Shown in pieces: positions 1-12,506 of a stretch of 64,000 nucleotides of DNA. Within the stretch, counting starts at the first letter, position 1, and each line of letters starts with the position of its first letter. Origin of the DNA: Paragordius varius (lineage: Eukaryota; Animalia; Nematomorpha); the NCBI GenBank assembly GCA_964247055.1, contig OZ176056.1:3162001-3226000 (forward strand), given 5' to 3'. Position numbers and translations under genes: made by a program. The notes beneath the pieces are model-generated. The model ran no database searches, was not told the origin of the DNA, and was given only the letters and a program-made list of their open reading frames with translations.

Positions 1-122
1 ATCCTCTAAAGGACGGTTTTAATGCAGGTTAAGACTCATTCTCATAACATAATGCTTATGGTTATTTTCATGTTATTACTTCTCAATTTATGAATAATAT
101 CGCGTCTGGATATAGAAATTTT

Positions 123-300
123 GCATGGAGTTTAAATTGATTTATTTTAATGTACTATTAATAGTTGAATCCTAATTTAAGAGAAAAAAATGTATGGCAT
201 CAAACTGATTGCTTCTCAAAATAGAGAAAATAACCTACTTTTGTATGGAGGTTTTATTGATTCATTTTAGATTATTATTAATAGTTGAATCCTAATTAAA
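123..300. repeat. Diverged direct duplication, ~58-bp units 120 bp apart
   Basis: gcatggag..tattaatagttgaatcctaatt at ~123-178 recurs as gtatggag..tattaatagttgaatcctaatt at ~243-298. Confidence 0.7.
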
Positions 301-545
301 ATAGTTAAAATAATTAAAATGCTATATAAGTGTTTAATAGTTTGCGAATTACTTTATTGAATTGTCAGCTTTCCGCTCTAGCACTAGGTCAAACTATGTC
401 AACGAATTGTCAGTGATACTAAATTTGGAATTTATCACAACGGTTAAATTTGTGTTTCAATGCATTAATTTAATAAACGCATCATTTTTTAAAAAAATTA
501 TATATTTTGCACTAATTTTAGCAATATTTAGGGTACTTCATGCTA

Positions 546-720
546 TTAAGGCATGATGGAAACGGTATAATACTTTGTATTATCCATTTTTCTATTAAAG
601 ATGCTGAACATTTTAATATCCTCGGAACTTTAAGTTGATGTGATAATGTTCAGCATCATCGAGTATAGAAAAAATGTGATAATAGATTCTTATTTTTATA
701 CCGTTTCCATCATGCTTCAA
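546..720. mobile_element. ~170-bp foldback/palindromic element (MITE-like)
   Basis: Outer arms GCATGATGGAAACGGTATAA (551-570) and TTATACCGTTTCCATCATGC (696-715); inner arms GATGCTGAACATT and AATGTTCAGCATC. Confidence 0.75.
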
Positions 721-1039
721 AATAAAATAAGTACGCTTCAACAAAATTTTACTAATATTTTATATTTGAAAAAGCATTTGAGATTATTTATTTATGATGC
801 CATCTAGCACCGAGGTGTCCAACACAAATTTTAAGAGCCACATTTTTTAACTTGAATATTTATTGTATCATGCGCATAAAAAAGAAAGTATTTTTAAATT
901 TGGCCCAATCCTAAACATATTGATATTTATTTTAAATGGCGGGGGTATAAAAGGTCCATAAAGTTATGAATATTATTAATTTAATTAGTTGATGTTTAAA
1001 ATATTATCAAAATGTTAAAACGTTGCCCTCTAAAATTAA

Positions 1040-1617
1040 CACTTCAATTCAAGTTGGGGTATCTAAATACCCCAGACTAAATTTGAGTAAGGATTTTTAA
1101 AAAACTACTTAAGGAAACGGTCCCAATTTAAATTTATCCTTCTATCCTGATAAAATTTATATAAATATGCCAAAATATCTAAATAAAATTTTGTTTTGAA
1201 AAAAAATTCCATGTCAAACTACTTGGCCGCCATTTTTATTTTACAAAAATTTTGCAAAATATCGTGTTTATTTAATTCTAACGTTAAAATTAAAGCTAAT
1301 TTTTTATTTTAATAACTTCTAACATTGATAGATATAGAAAAGCTGTTTAGTTTGAATTATTTTTTAATTTACCATTGCACACATGTCACGTTGACTAAAT
1401 TTTTACCTTTCGGTTTTAGCTTAAAAAAAATATATCAAGTATTTTTGAATAAAATTTTTTATATATTTGGGTTTATTAATGTTATATAAGTGCAAAATTT
1501 TGCCATGGTTTCGATTCATTCCATATTTTTAAAATAAGTCAATTATGAACAGGCCTGGGGTATTTAAATACCCCAATATGAATCGAAGGGCTAAAATGAA
1601 TGTGTTGTATCCAAGTG
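1040..1617. mobile_element. piggyBac-like MITE, copy 1
   Basis: TTAA on both flanks, termini CACTT..AAGTG, internal IR CTTCRATTCAARTTGGGGT / ACCCCAATWTGAATCGAAG; aligns along its whole length with 6473-7048. Confidence 0.85.
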
Positions 1618-1989
1618 TTAAATATAGACTGGGTTTTTGACAAAGAATATGAAATTTTACATCAAAAAATTCTGTTTAGCAATCAGAGGTGATATATTAA
1701 CGGAGGCCATATCCAAAAATTATATCACGATTAAGATTCGGTTCTCAAATGTAATATATTTTAATTGATATTATTTGGGATGGAGCATTTAGCTAATGCG
1801 GGTGCAAATTTTAGACTGGGAACAGTAATCAAAAAAGTAATAATAATTTTTTATTCTCATTCTCTAAAAATAAACGAACCATACAAATTTGCTGGTTGTA
1901 GATAATATTTAGGATATTTTACCCTAAGTTCACCTAATAGGAGGCAAAATTGAAACATACATGTTGTTACCATAATATTATTAAAACGC

Positions 1990-4353
1990 ATGCTTTCGAA
2001 AACGAACTTTCAAAATTCTGGCATGGAAACAAAAGTGCTAAATAAAAATGTTAATTGTATAATTTTAATGGGCATACCTGGATCAGGCAAAACTACTCTT
2101 GCTAAAACAATTGTCACTCGTATAAATGATAGTAACAATTTTGAAATCAAGCATCTTGAGTTTGATAAATATCTGAACCATGAAGGATATAAACCTACGC
2201 TTAAAATTTTTATGGATATTATAATGTATGTTATTAATATGTTTGCAAGCGATCAGAAAGATAATTATATACACACAAAATATTTCGACAACCCGTTTAT
2301 TAATACCTTAATTGCCGACACAAGATGTTTGTATTTAATTATAGATGAAAATTTTGCTCTGATGTCTATGAGAACCAATATACTATTAAAACTTATTGAT
2401 GTTCAACGATTACACAAAGGTTTATTATATAAAATTTATTTAATTACATTTCTAAAATTATACTAGTTTATATAATCTTAGTAAGTTTACAATATACCAT
2501 TTTAGTTTAAACTCTTACACCGTGGTTTTTTACTATATATTCACACCAATTTAATTAAATATATGAGTTTTATGAATAGATTCGAAATATTTTTCGCAAT
2601 GATGTTGTTTATATATCGTTTAAATATGTTTGTCATTTAACTCATTAGGTTAGCCCTTAACAATTTTGGATGCTCTTTATTTTTAAAGTTTGCGATTAAA
2701 TGTTTTTATCTCTATTATATAGCTTCTTTAATATCTATTGACACCATTTTGATTAAAAACTATTTCAATATAAGTAATTGTAACATTTAAATATGAATTT
2801 CTTGATTTATTAATTGCAATTTTTCACTGAATTATATTATATAGTGTGAGAAAAATTATTCCTTAACGAAAATTGTTTAAAAAAATTTTTGAATAAAAAA
2901 GTATATAATAACTAACAAAGATTTTATGCAAAATATTGATAAAATAGATAAGATTCAATTAATTATTATGTTTAAAGCCAATAAAAACATCTATTACCGA
3001 TTTTTAAATATGGAATTTTCAGGAACACGTCAGACAAACTTACTAGTTTTCGGGTATTATAAAACCCTCATCATGAGCCAGAAATAATGAAAAAATATTA
3101 TTTTTTTATTAATTATTGAAATTCAAATATCTTGAGAATCTAAATTATAATATATTAATGAATAAAATTTAATATAAAAACAGTATAGTTAAATACTGAC
3201 ATTATTAAGAACTCTCACATTTTTATTTGATCAATGAGTTTAAATTAAACATATAAGTAGCACAATTTTTATCACATTAATACATTCATATATAATAAAA
3301 TTAAAAATTTATTTAATATTATTCGATTATGAAAACCTACACAATGAAATAGTTTTATAGAATGTTAATTTTTTATACTATTTAGAGTTCGAATTCACCC
3401 TTTAACAATTCAAATTCCCCCTCGAACAATTCAAATTCACCCTAAAAATAAATTATGTGTTTTCGAACTAATATAACTCATCATTAATATGATATATATT
3501 TATGGCATAGTGTATTATTTTTTCAGTATTATATTAATTTAAAACCAAATTTTAATTTTTAAGAATATATAAAAATATAGGTAATTTTTAATCTTAAAAA
3601 ACATATAATTAATTTAAGGGTAAATTTGAATTGTTTAAAGGTGAATTAGAATTGCAAATGGTAGATTTAAACTAACTTAGATACTTTACTTTAGATATCA
3701 ACTTAAACATTGTATTTGTACAAATCGAATGTTCTTTGGAATGCGCTATGCCCCGTGTAAGCCGTCGAAATCAAACTCAAATGCGCAATTCACCTCAAAT
3801 CGTAACTGAAACCACTATTGCTAAAATGTATGCAAATTTAACTGACCTTAAAAAGAAAGTGGGTAGGAATATGACAGTGCTTGAAAAATGGATAATCCAA
3901 CATACTATATACTTTCAAAACGATGACATTCTTGATTTGGTGAAATCAACTGAGGAATTTCAATCACGAGCTAAAAATCTTTGGGCCATGTGCCTTCAAC
4001 ATTTGTGCCCTATCAAAGATTTAATGACAATTTTAGCAACTCAAAAAGCGGAAACTAGTGAAAGATTTAGCCAGGCCGAAATGGATAGACAAATAAATTT
4101 GACGAATATTACACATGGCGTTGATAGGGTTTTACGAGGATTGATACATAGGCAAAAAAATACGGTATTCGATTATGCCAAAGCAAATTTGACCAAAAAA
4201 TTGATAATACAAAAAATCCGCATGGGACAAATAACCATCAGGAAAATTGATGAATTAACCGACACTAAGGAAGGATATGCAGTGTTTGATAATGTTAAGA
4301 ATAAAGATTACCCGCAAGAAACTTATTTCTGGAAATGTTTTCATGAAAAATAA
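1990..4353 (+). CDS. PSTK: O-phosphoseryl-tRNA(Sec) kinase (L-seryl-tRNA(Sec) kinase), 2 exons, ~362 aa
   Basis: Exons 1990-2419 (donor GTTTAT, phase 1) and 3695-4353 (acceptor TTTAG, phase 1) join in frame (1089 nt). P-loop GIPGSGKT; LIIDENFALMSMR matches the PSTK DDNF..SMR motif; VQIECSLECAMPRVSRRN matches CPLETCLQRN; DRQINLTNITHGVDRVLR matches the PSTK C-terminal DRIIC.TN..H..D..LR motif. Confidence 0.88.
3376..3663. mobile_element. 21-bp-array MITE (TACCATTTAC family), in PSTK intron
   Basis: Degenerate TACCATTTAC..GTAAATGGTA termini, subterminal AACAATTCAAATTCACCCT units, shared ~200-bp core. Confidence 0.85.
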
Positions 4354-4933
4354 ACTTGGGTTTTTAAATCCTCTAGATATTTGGTCAGCTGTGAAGAGCA
4401 AAGTAGGTAATTTTTAAAATATTAGATTTTTATATGAAATGATATAAAAAGGTAAACTATTTTCTTTTCATGATGGTAATTTTTGTAATTATATGACTAT
4501 CCACCCACCCGGTTTCCAGAATGAAATTGTCATTTATTCAAACAATTTTTTATTATATATATAAATAACTATATTATATCAGAGTTGAATCATGCTTAAA
4601 AACAACCTTTAATGATATTTATAATTTCAAATAATTTTTTTTTCTAAAAAAATTAAAATAAATCCCAATTTTTGCTAAAAATTGATAAAAATTTGTTAGA
4701 ATCTGAAAAAAAATTGACTTGCACGCCATCAAGATTTTTTTGATTTTTGCTAAATCTTTTACAATACTATAACAAAAAAAACTGACCTTTTATTTTTTTA
4801 AAAGGCAAGGTCATTCGATAATAATACTTACCAAGTTTGCACATTTTATTAATCATTTTAATATTTCAATGTAAATTATTATGATACTAATCAATATTTA
4901 AATAATTTCTTTTATGGTAAAAATTTCGTAAAT

Positions 4934-7879
4934 ATGTTAATTTACCATACAATTTTTTATATCCTTAATTATTTTCCCGTTCTTAGAGGCGATATATTAC
5001 ATAATATAAGCTTTATCCCGCAGTTTCCTTGGTCAGGCCTGATCTCACTCAACAATTTTCCTAATTCATTTAACATTAACAATAATAATTTTTATCCTGA
5101 TAATCCTACCGTGTTTAGATTTGTACTGGAACGTAATCCCCTCTTCAGAACTAATGTTAGCCAAAAAAATTTGACTCAAGAATGTCACAATATATCTGAC
5201 ATTAGTTCATTTATGTATGTTGGTCAAGTCCATATATATTCACCCGTTATATTGAATTTAAGGATGAATAATAATTATAGTTTATCAAACACTACATTGC
5301 CTTGTTTTAGTTATAACAATAATACAACTTTTAGTAGAAATACCAGCAGTAATAATAATTTGACAGTCAAAATTTTACCAGTCACTGCTCATATCATGGG
5401 ACCTTACATTGTAAGTAATGCCCTAAAAAACAATTTCTATAGTAGCTGTTAGAATAATAGGAAATATTATTAGACTTATATCGTCCTTTAATTGTATTAG
5501 AGGGGAAATTTATAGGGATTTATGATAACTAAATATTTGTTTGCTTTTATCAAGCGATTCCTCCTTTTATGCCCCAATTAAAACATTTTTAAGCCTATAT
5601 TATGACTCCACTATATACGGTTCAAATTCACCCTCGAACAAATCTCACCCTTAAAATAAATTATGTGTTTTCGAACTAATATAACTCATTATTAATATAA
5701 AAAATATCTTTATGACATAGTTTATTATTTTTTCAATATTATTTTAATTTAAAACAAAATTTTATTTTTTAAAAATATACTAAAATATAGGTAATTAATC
5801 TTAAAAAACATGTTATTTATTTGAGGGTGAATTTGAATTGTTCAAGGGTGAAATTGAATTGTTTAAGGGTGGATTTGAATTGAAAATGGTATATCATTTT
5901 TGTCAATTAACCATAGAAATATACCATATTTTGATTATTTTAAAAGAAATATTTTAAATAAATTGAATGTGAAGAAATCTATGAATAAATTGAACTATGA
6001 TGTTAGTTTCGGATAATTTTGAGATTTATGGGAAAGGTAAAATAAATTTGTTGGATTTAAAATGTTTAAGAAGTAGTTTTGAATGATTCTATATAACTCC
6101 TAATCTCGCCTCCTATTCTGTCCATATATTTAATGCGCATTGTTGTTTGATTAATCCTGTAACTGTAGGCACCCAAAGTTAATTATTGTCAAGAATTTTT
6201 CTATCCATTAATATTTCGTAATATATTATAATATATATATATATATATATATTGAGATATGTACCCGGAAAAATTAAATTATAAAGTTCTGATCATTACT
6301 ATATCTTTCCTTCATCCAATGTTTTTAACAATAACATAGTTACCAGTGTATTATGGTGAATGGGTTGTTTTAACAAATTTTCCTTTATGAATACACCTAC
6401 ATGACAGTTTTTTTAGTAGAAAAAAATGTTACGAATACTAATTACCCTATTTTGTTTCGTTAATTTTTTTAACACTTCGATTCAAATTGGGTCTAAATAC
6501 CCCAGACTAAATTAAAATTAATATTTTTAAAAAACTACTGAAGGAAACGGTCCCAATTCAAATTTATGCTTCTATCCTGATAAATATTATATAAATATGC
6601 CAAAATATCTAGATAAAATTTTGTTTTGAAAAAAAGCTCCATCTCAAACTACTTCGACGCCATTTTTATTTAACAAAATTTTTGCAAAATATCGTCTTTA
6701 TTTAATTTTAAGGATAAAACTAAAGCTAATTTTTTATATAAATTACATCTAACATTGATAGAAATAGAAAAAGCTGTTTAGTTTGTATAATTTTCAATTT
6801 TACAATTTGACACATGTCACGTTGACGAAATTTTCACCTTTCGGTTTTAGTTTAAAATAAGTAATATCAAGTATTTTTGAATAAATTTTTTTATATATTT
6901 CGGTTTATTAATGTTAGATAAGTGCAAAACTTTGCCATGGTTTCGATTCCTCCTATATTTTTTAAAGAAATTAATTCTAAACAGGCCTGGGGTATCTAAC
7001 TACCCCAATTTGAATCGAAGACTAAAATGAGTGTGTTGTATCCAAGTGTTAATAATGGTCTGACTGCTTTCCGCACGTGTTTATCTGGACATCATTATTA
7101 AGTAGGTTTGAAGGCTTAATTTAATAAGTCGCATATGTCCTGTCATCGCCTTCATTATATTTATTGGGGCGATCAGTGGTATTTTCCATTATAGTGAGAA
7201 TTTATAGGAGATGGTATAAGTTTTTGGTTGGTTGTGTGTCTAAAGAAATTCTTTTTAATCTCTTACTTTTTCCCGATTTATATATTGGAAATATTATTTT
7301 TCTGATTTCTGACTTATAGATTTTAGCGCGCTGGTAAAGGCACTTTTTTTGACTGTGTTTTCGCACGCCTTTGTCACCGCATTGATTTCTAACGATAATA
7401 TCGTTCCAATACTAATAAACTGCGGTATTGATATCTTCTATGTGGTTGTTTAGTTGAAGGATTATGTAATTAACAGTACATTTAAACTTAAAAATAGGTG
7501 ATCTTCTTAATCATATTTGAAAATTTTTTAACTTTTAAGACCTTACTTAAATTGTTGGTTGTGGAAAAAATCGAAGCTTTTTAAGAGAAGCCTTTTCGTT
7601 ACAATCGTCTATATATGGATTGAATATTTATAATTTTTGCCATGGCTTTGAAGAACAAACTTTGATTTTAATTAATTTTGTATTCTTCATCACCTTACCC
7701 TTTAGTTTTTATATCAATTGTTGTTCCCATATATCTAGGGTTTTGATTTATTATGTTGAGTCATAAAATTAAATTAGTCAATATTTTCGTTAATTATAGT
7801 CAATAATGATTTGATAAATTAAAAAAGATTTCTAACAAATGCATTTCAAATATTTTACAAATCAGCTTATAAATACTCT

Positions 7880-7914
<35 letters not shown>

Positions 7915-10900
7915 TAGAATGCCTTATTTTATGACGCGGATACCAAAACACATTTTGAGCTAAAACCTTTGTATCATGGACACATTTATAAACTATCTGC
8001 CATATCTATGTCTTTGGAAAAGAATGATTGTAATCACACTGTTTACAACTCCTCTAATTCAAATTCGAATCTATCAAGTACGTTTTTTTTATAAATATAT
8101 AGTCATCTAATATATTCAGGGGTCAACCGTGGTGCGCCCCTTGAAAAACTTGCAATTCAAAAATATGTGGTCATAAAATCTTTGTGAATTTGATATTTCT
8201 TAAACAAATTTTCAGAAGGATTTTATCCAATTAATAACAAACTAGAATTGCATTTTATAGTCTTAAGTTTCCGTTTATGAATGCTTAATATACCATTTAC
8301 AATTTTAATTCACCCTCAAATAAAATATATATTTTTTAAGATTAAAAAATACCTATATTTTTATATATTCTGTGTTTTAAATTAATATAATATACTGAAT
8401 AATAAACTATGCCATAATGATATATTTTATATTAATAATGAGTTATATTAGTTCAAAAACACATAATTTTTTTTTAGGATGAATTTGAATTGTTCAAGGG
8501 GGAATTTGAATTGTAAATGGTATATATATATTAATTTTAATATGGCCCACGAAGCCATTTGAGTTGATCTACTTTTAAACTTTTTTTAAATGAAAAATTT
8601 TTTAGTTGTAATGAAATTGAAATCTTGGAAAACGGTTGCCATTTCACGCAATCGTAGACAAAGTATGTTACCAACCTATTACATAGAAACGAGTATACAT
8701 TATGCACGGGGGGATTTATTTTTAAATCCTCAATACATATTCCATTTGATTTCACAGGTATATTTTTACTAAATTTTTCAATTTTGCAACAATTTATTAA
8801 CTTTGTGCTGTGATTTTTACATAATTTCTTTGGTTTTATTTAAATATTTTAAATATTCATCTTTTTTCCACCATAAAATTTGATGCAATTTCAGTGATAT
8901 TTTGCATTTTTTTCATGTTTTAAATCTCGTCTTGATTTGAATATTAATATTTATGTAACAATATATTTCAAAAACTATTTTTGTTAGGTCAATTACATAC
9001 TACGTAAGGCAAATGTTGGAGCCATATTTCAACTTGTGATTGCCGATTTTTACCATTACCAGGTTTTGGGCGCAATAAATTATATATAATATAAAGATGG
9101 TGTTTTCCATTTAACACAAAAATACTGATAATATATCTGTGTTTAATATTGATTAATTTTAACGTTTTCAAATGTTTTTTTTTTCAATTTTACCTTTTAG
9201 TATCAATACATAGATCCTGGAAATCTTACTAAAACCTTTGACCGTTTTGCTAAGCACGCTTACAAATATTTTTGGTCGTTTGATCTCTCTATACTTTTCA
9301 GCAGGTATTTTTTTATCAAATTAATAAATTTTTTTGAATAATATAGTTTTGCAATCTGGTTTTATATTAATTTTGTATATCGAATTAATTTCGAAAATTA
9401 TATATAAAATTACCTGTAAATTCAAAATTCTTTATTGAAATGCCCAATAAAGTTTTTTCCGAACACACTTTTTTACCATTTTACACTATATAGCGAAATT
9501 TTTTGGATAAAATTTCATTTTAGGTTTTTTGAATGAATGGTTATGGTAAATTAAAATATTATGCGAAATTTCGGTTATTTTTTCAAAAATGTTTGACTAA
9601 AAGAGGTTTTTAAATAATAAATTTTATTTATACATATCTATTTATTTTTCCTAACTAAATCACCCTTTCAATTAAAAAGGGGGCTAAGTTTTATTTTTAA
9701 ACGTTTTATGAGCATGCATACTCCTTTAAAATTTAGTAATAACTCATATCATTCACACAATTTGTTGATACAACAATACATTTTTTGACAATATGAAAAA
9801 AATATATATTTACATGGGTCAATGTTAGGTATTTTATCTATCCTACAGTTAATTTTCCAAATATTATATCTTTTAAATGAATTATATCGCTTACTGAGGG
9901 CCCATAAATACTTTGCAATTAAATGCCAAAAAATTTTAAGTTTGATTCAAAGTGAGTTTGATAACTGTTGGTTTTAAATGAAACAGTGTTAATTTATAAA
10001 AGAACTTTGAATTATTCAATAAAAAAAAACTTGTTAAATTTGAAAGTTTTGCTTTTGAATTTAAATTAAGAAGATATACTAAACATATTTATTTAACCTT
10101 TAGATCGATCAATGCCTACAATGATAATTTTGATCGTAAGTACATTTTATTCATAAATATGTCTTTTATTTATCGATCGATATTCATTAGAATATGTCAT
10201 TAAAATTTTTAGTTATATAATGTAAAAAATAAAATTTCTCCTATTAGAACCATGTATAAAATTAATACCTATTAATTATCTTTTGAATTATAAATATGGC
10301 TGTAATAAAATTCGAACCTTTTCATATTACCCTCAGATATTATTTTAACATATATAATAATTTGGCTTGTTAAAGTTTTAGTTTTAAAATTTTAACCTAA
10401 ACTAATTTCATCTTATAAGTTTTAAAATATATCATTTACTGTTCAATTGAACAATTCAAATTCATCCTAAAAATAAATTATGTGTTTTTGAACTAATATA
10501 ACTCATTATTTATATGAAATATATCTTAATCGCATAGTTAATTATTTTTCAGTATTATTATAATTTAAAACAAAATTTTATTTATTATAAATATGTAAAA
10601 ATATAGGTAATTTTCTTAAAAATCATATAATTTATTTAAGGGTGAATTTGAATTGTTCAAGGGTGAATATGAATTGTTTAAGGGTGGATTTGAATACTAA
10701 ATGGCATATTAAGTAATTCAAAATATTTTTTAAATGGGCTTTCAAATGGTTACTATTAAGCCTTTTTATATAACATTACTTTCTGGCCATCATACATTTA
10801 TATATTTTGAAAAATTGAAATTATACGGACAAAACGTAAAAATATAGAGTCAAATATTTTTTTCCAAAAGGCAACCAGACTTTTTCAAACCTTAATTTTA

Positions 10901-12445
10901 CCTCTATAAGCTATTCAATAACGATGGTAAAATATCAAATTGATTGTTTTAGTAATATATATATCTTATAATGACTTTGCAATATTAAATAAAGAGTTAT
11001 ATTTAAATAGATGAAGATTTAATTAGAAAAAAATATTTGTCCTTATATTTTTACGTTTTGTCCGTATAATTTCAATTTTTACTGCATATTTTAAAACTTT
11101 ATTATATTTTATAATTTTTCTTTGTAGTTGGAGGTTTAAGTGGAGGGTTATTTTGTACCCATCACTATTTTATGATCATAAGAGATTTTGGATTCACGGA
11201 CGCATACGTTATTGCTCACGAGTTGGGACACTTGTAATGATTATTTTATCAAATTACTTTTTTTTATTAAATTTTAATCACTTTGAACTTGAACGTTTAA
11301 AAAAAGTATTATTTTATTTATTTTTTTGATATATTTTATTTAATTTCAAACATGTATTTACATATTATACCATTTACAATTTAAATTCAGCCTTAAACAA
11401 TTCAAATTCCTAAAAATAAATTATGTGTTTTCGTACTAATATAAAATATATCTTTATGGCATAGTTTATTTTTAATTATAAACAAAATTTTATTTTTTTA
11501 AAAAATATATAAAAATATTAAAAAAACATATAATTTATTTGAGGGTAAATTTGAATTGTTCGAGGGTAAAATTAAATTGTTTAAGGGTGAATTTGAATTG
11601 TAAATGGTATATTATACAGTAAAACAACTTGAGATACGGACAAAACGTAAAAAATATATAAAGACAAATATTTTTTTACAAATAGTCTGCTGTTTTATAA
11701 CCAATATAATATTTTATTGTTATAAATTGTAAGAAGGCATATAATAAAAATATATATATTAGTGATTAAATATTTTTATAGGAATTATGGTTAAAAACGT
11801 GTAGGGTAGTTTTTTTAAAAAACATAATTTTTGTCTATTTTTACGTTTTATCCGTATAATTTCAATCTGTTTAGTATAATTTTAAGGATTTTACAAAATT
11901 ACAACCTAAAAGTTTTTTTTTGTTAAAATATAAAATATTTTTTAGATTTGGATGTGCCCACGATTTTAATACGACGTGTGCTTCGGAAAAGGCCCGTGGT
12001 TTAATGCATTACGACGTTTCGCTCAAACAATTGGATAAATGGTCAAATTGCTGTCGCACTGAACTCATTAATTTTATAAAGTTTTTTTTTCATTTAAATT
12101 ATTGTTGATATTGAATTATAAAAATTATATATTTTTTCGACATTATTTGTGGAAAAAACATATATTTATCATAAAAAAGATGACTGTTTATTTGAAATTA
12201 TACTGTTATATACAGTTACATATAGTTAAAACTTTTTAAAATAAACAGTTTATTTTATTTCAAAGATTTTTAACATTCGCCCAAACAATTATACTGCTAC
12301 CTGTTTACATTTATATGGATTCATTAGATTAACAACGTTAATAAAATGATATGAGCTGTTTCGATTTTTAATATCCATATAACTTCCTTCAATATTAACC
12401 CCCAAAAAATTTAAGCACTGTAAGAATACTGCATTTTACTATCAG

Positions 12446-12506
<61 letters not shown>

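Noticed and set aside
2420-12086. Several GTTT donors (2420, 9063, 12081) suggesting non-canonical splicing
   Set aside because: Still GT-AG introns; T at +3 is unremarkable in AT-rich genomes.
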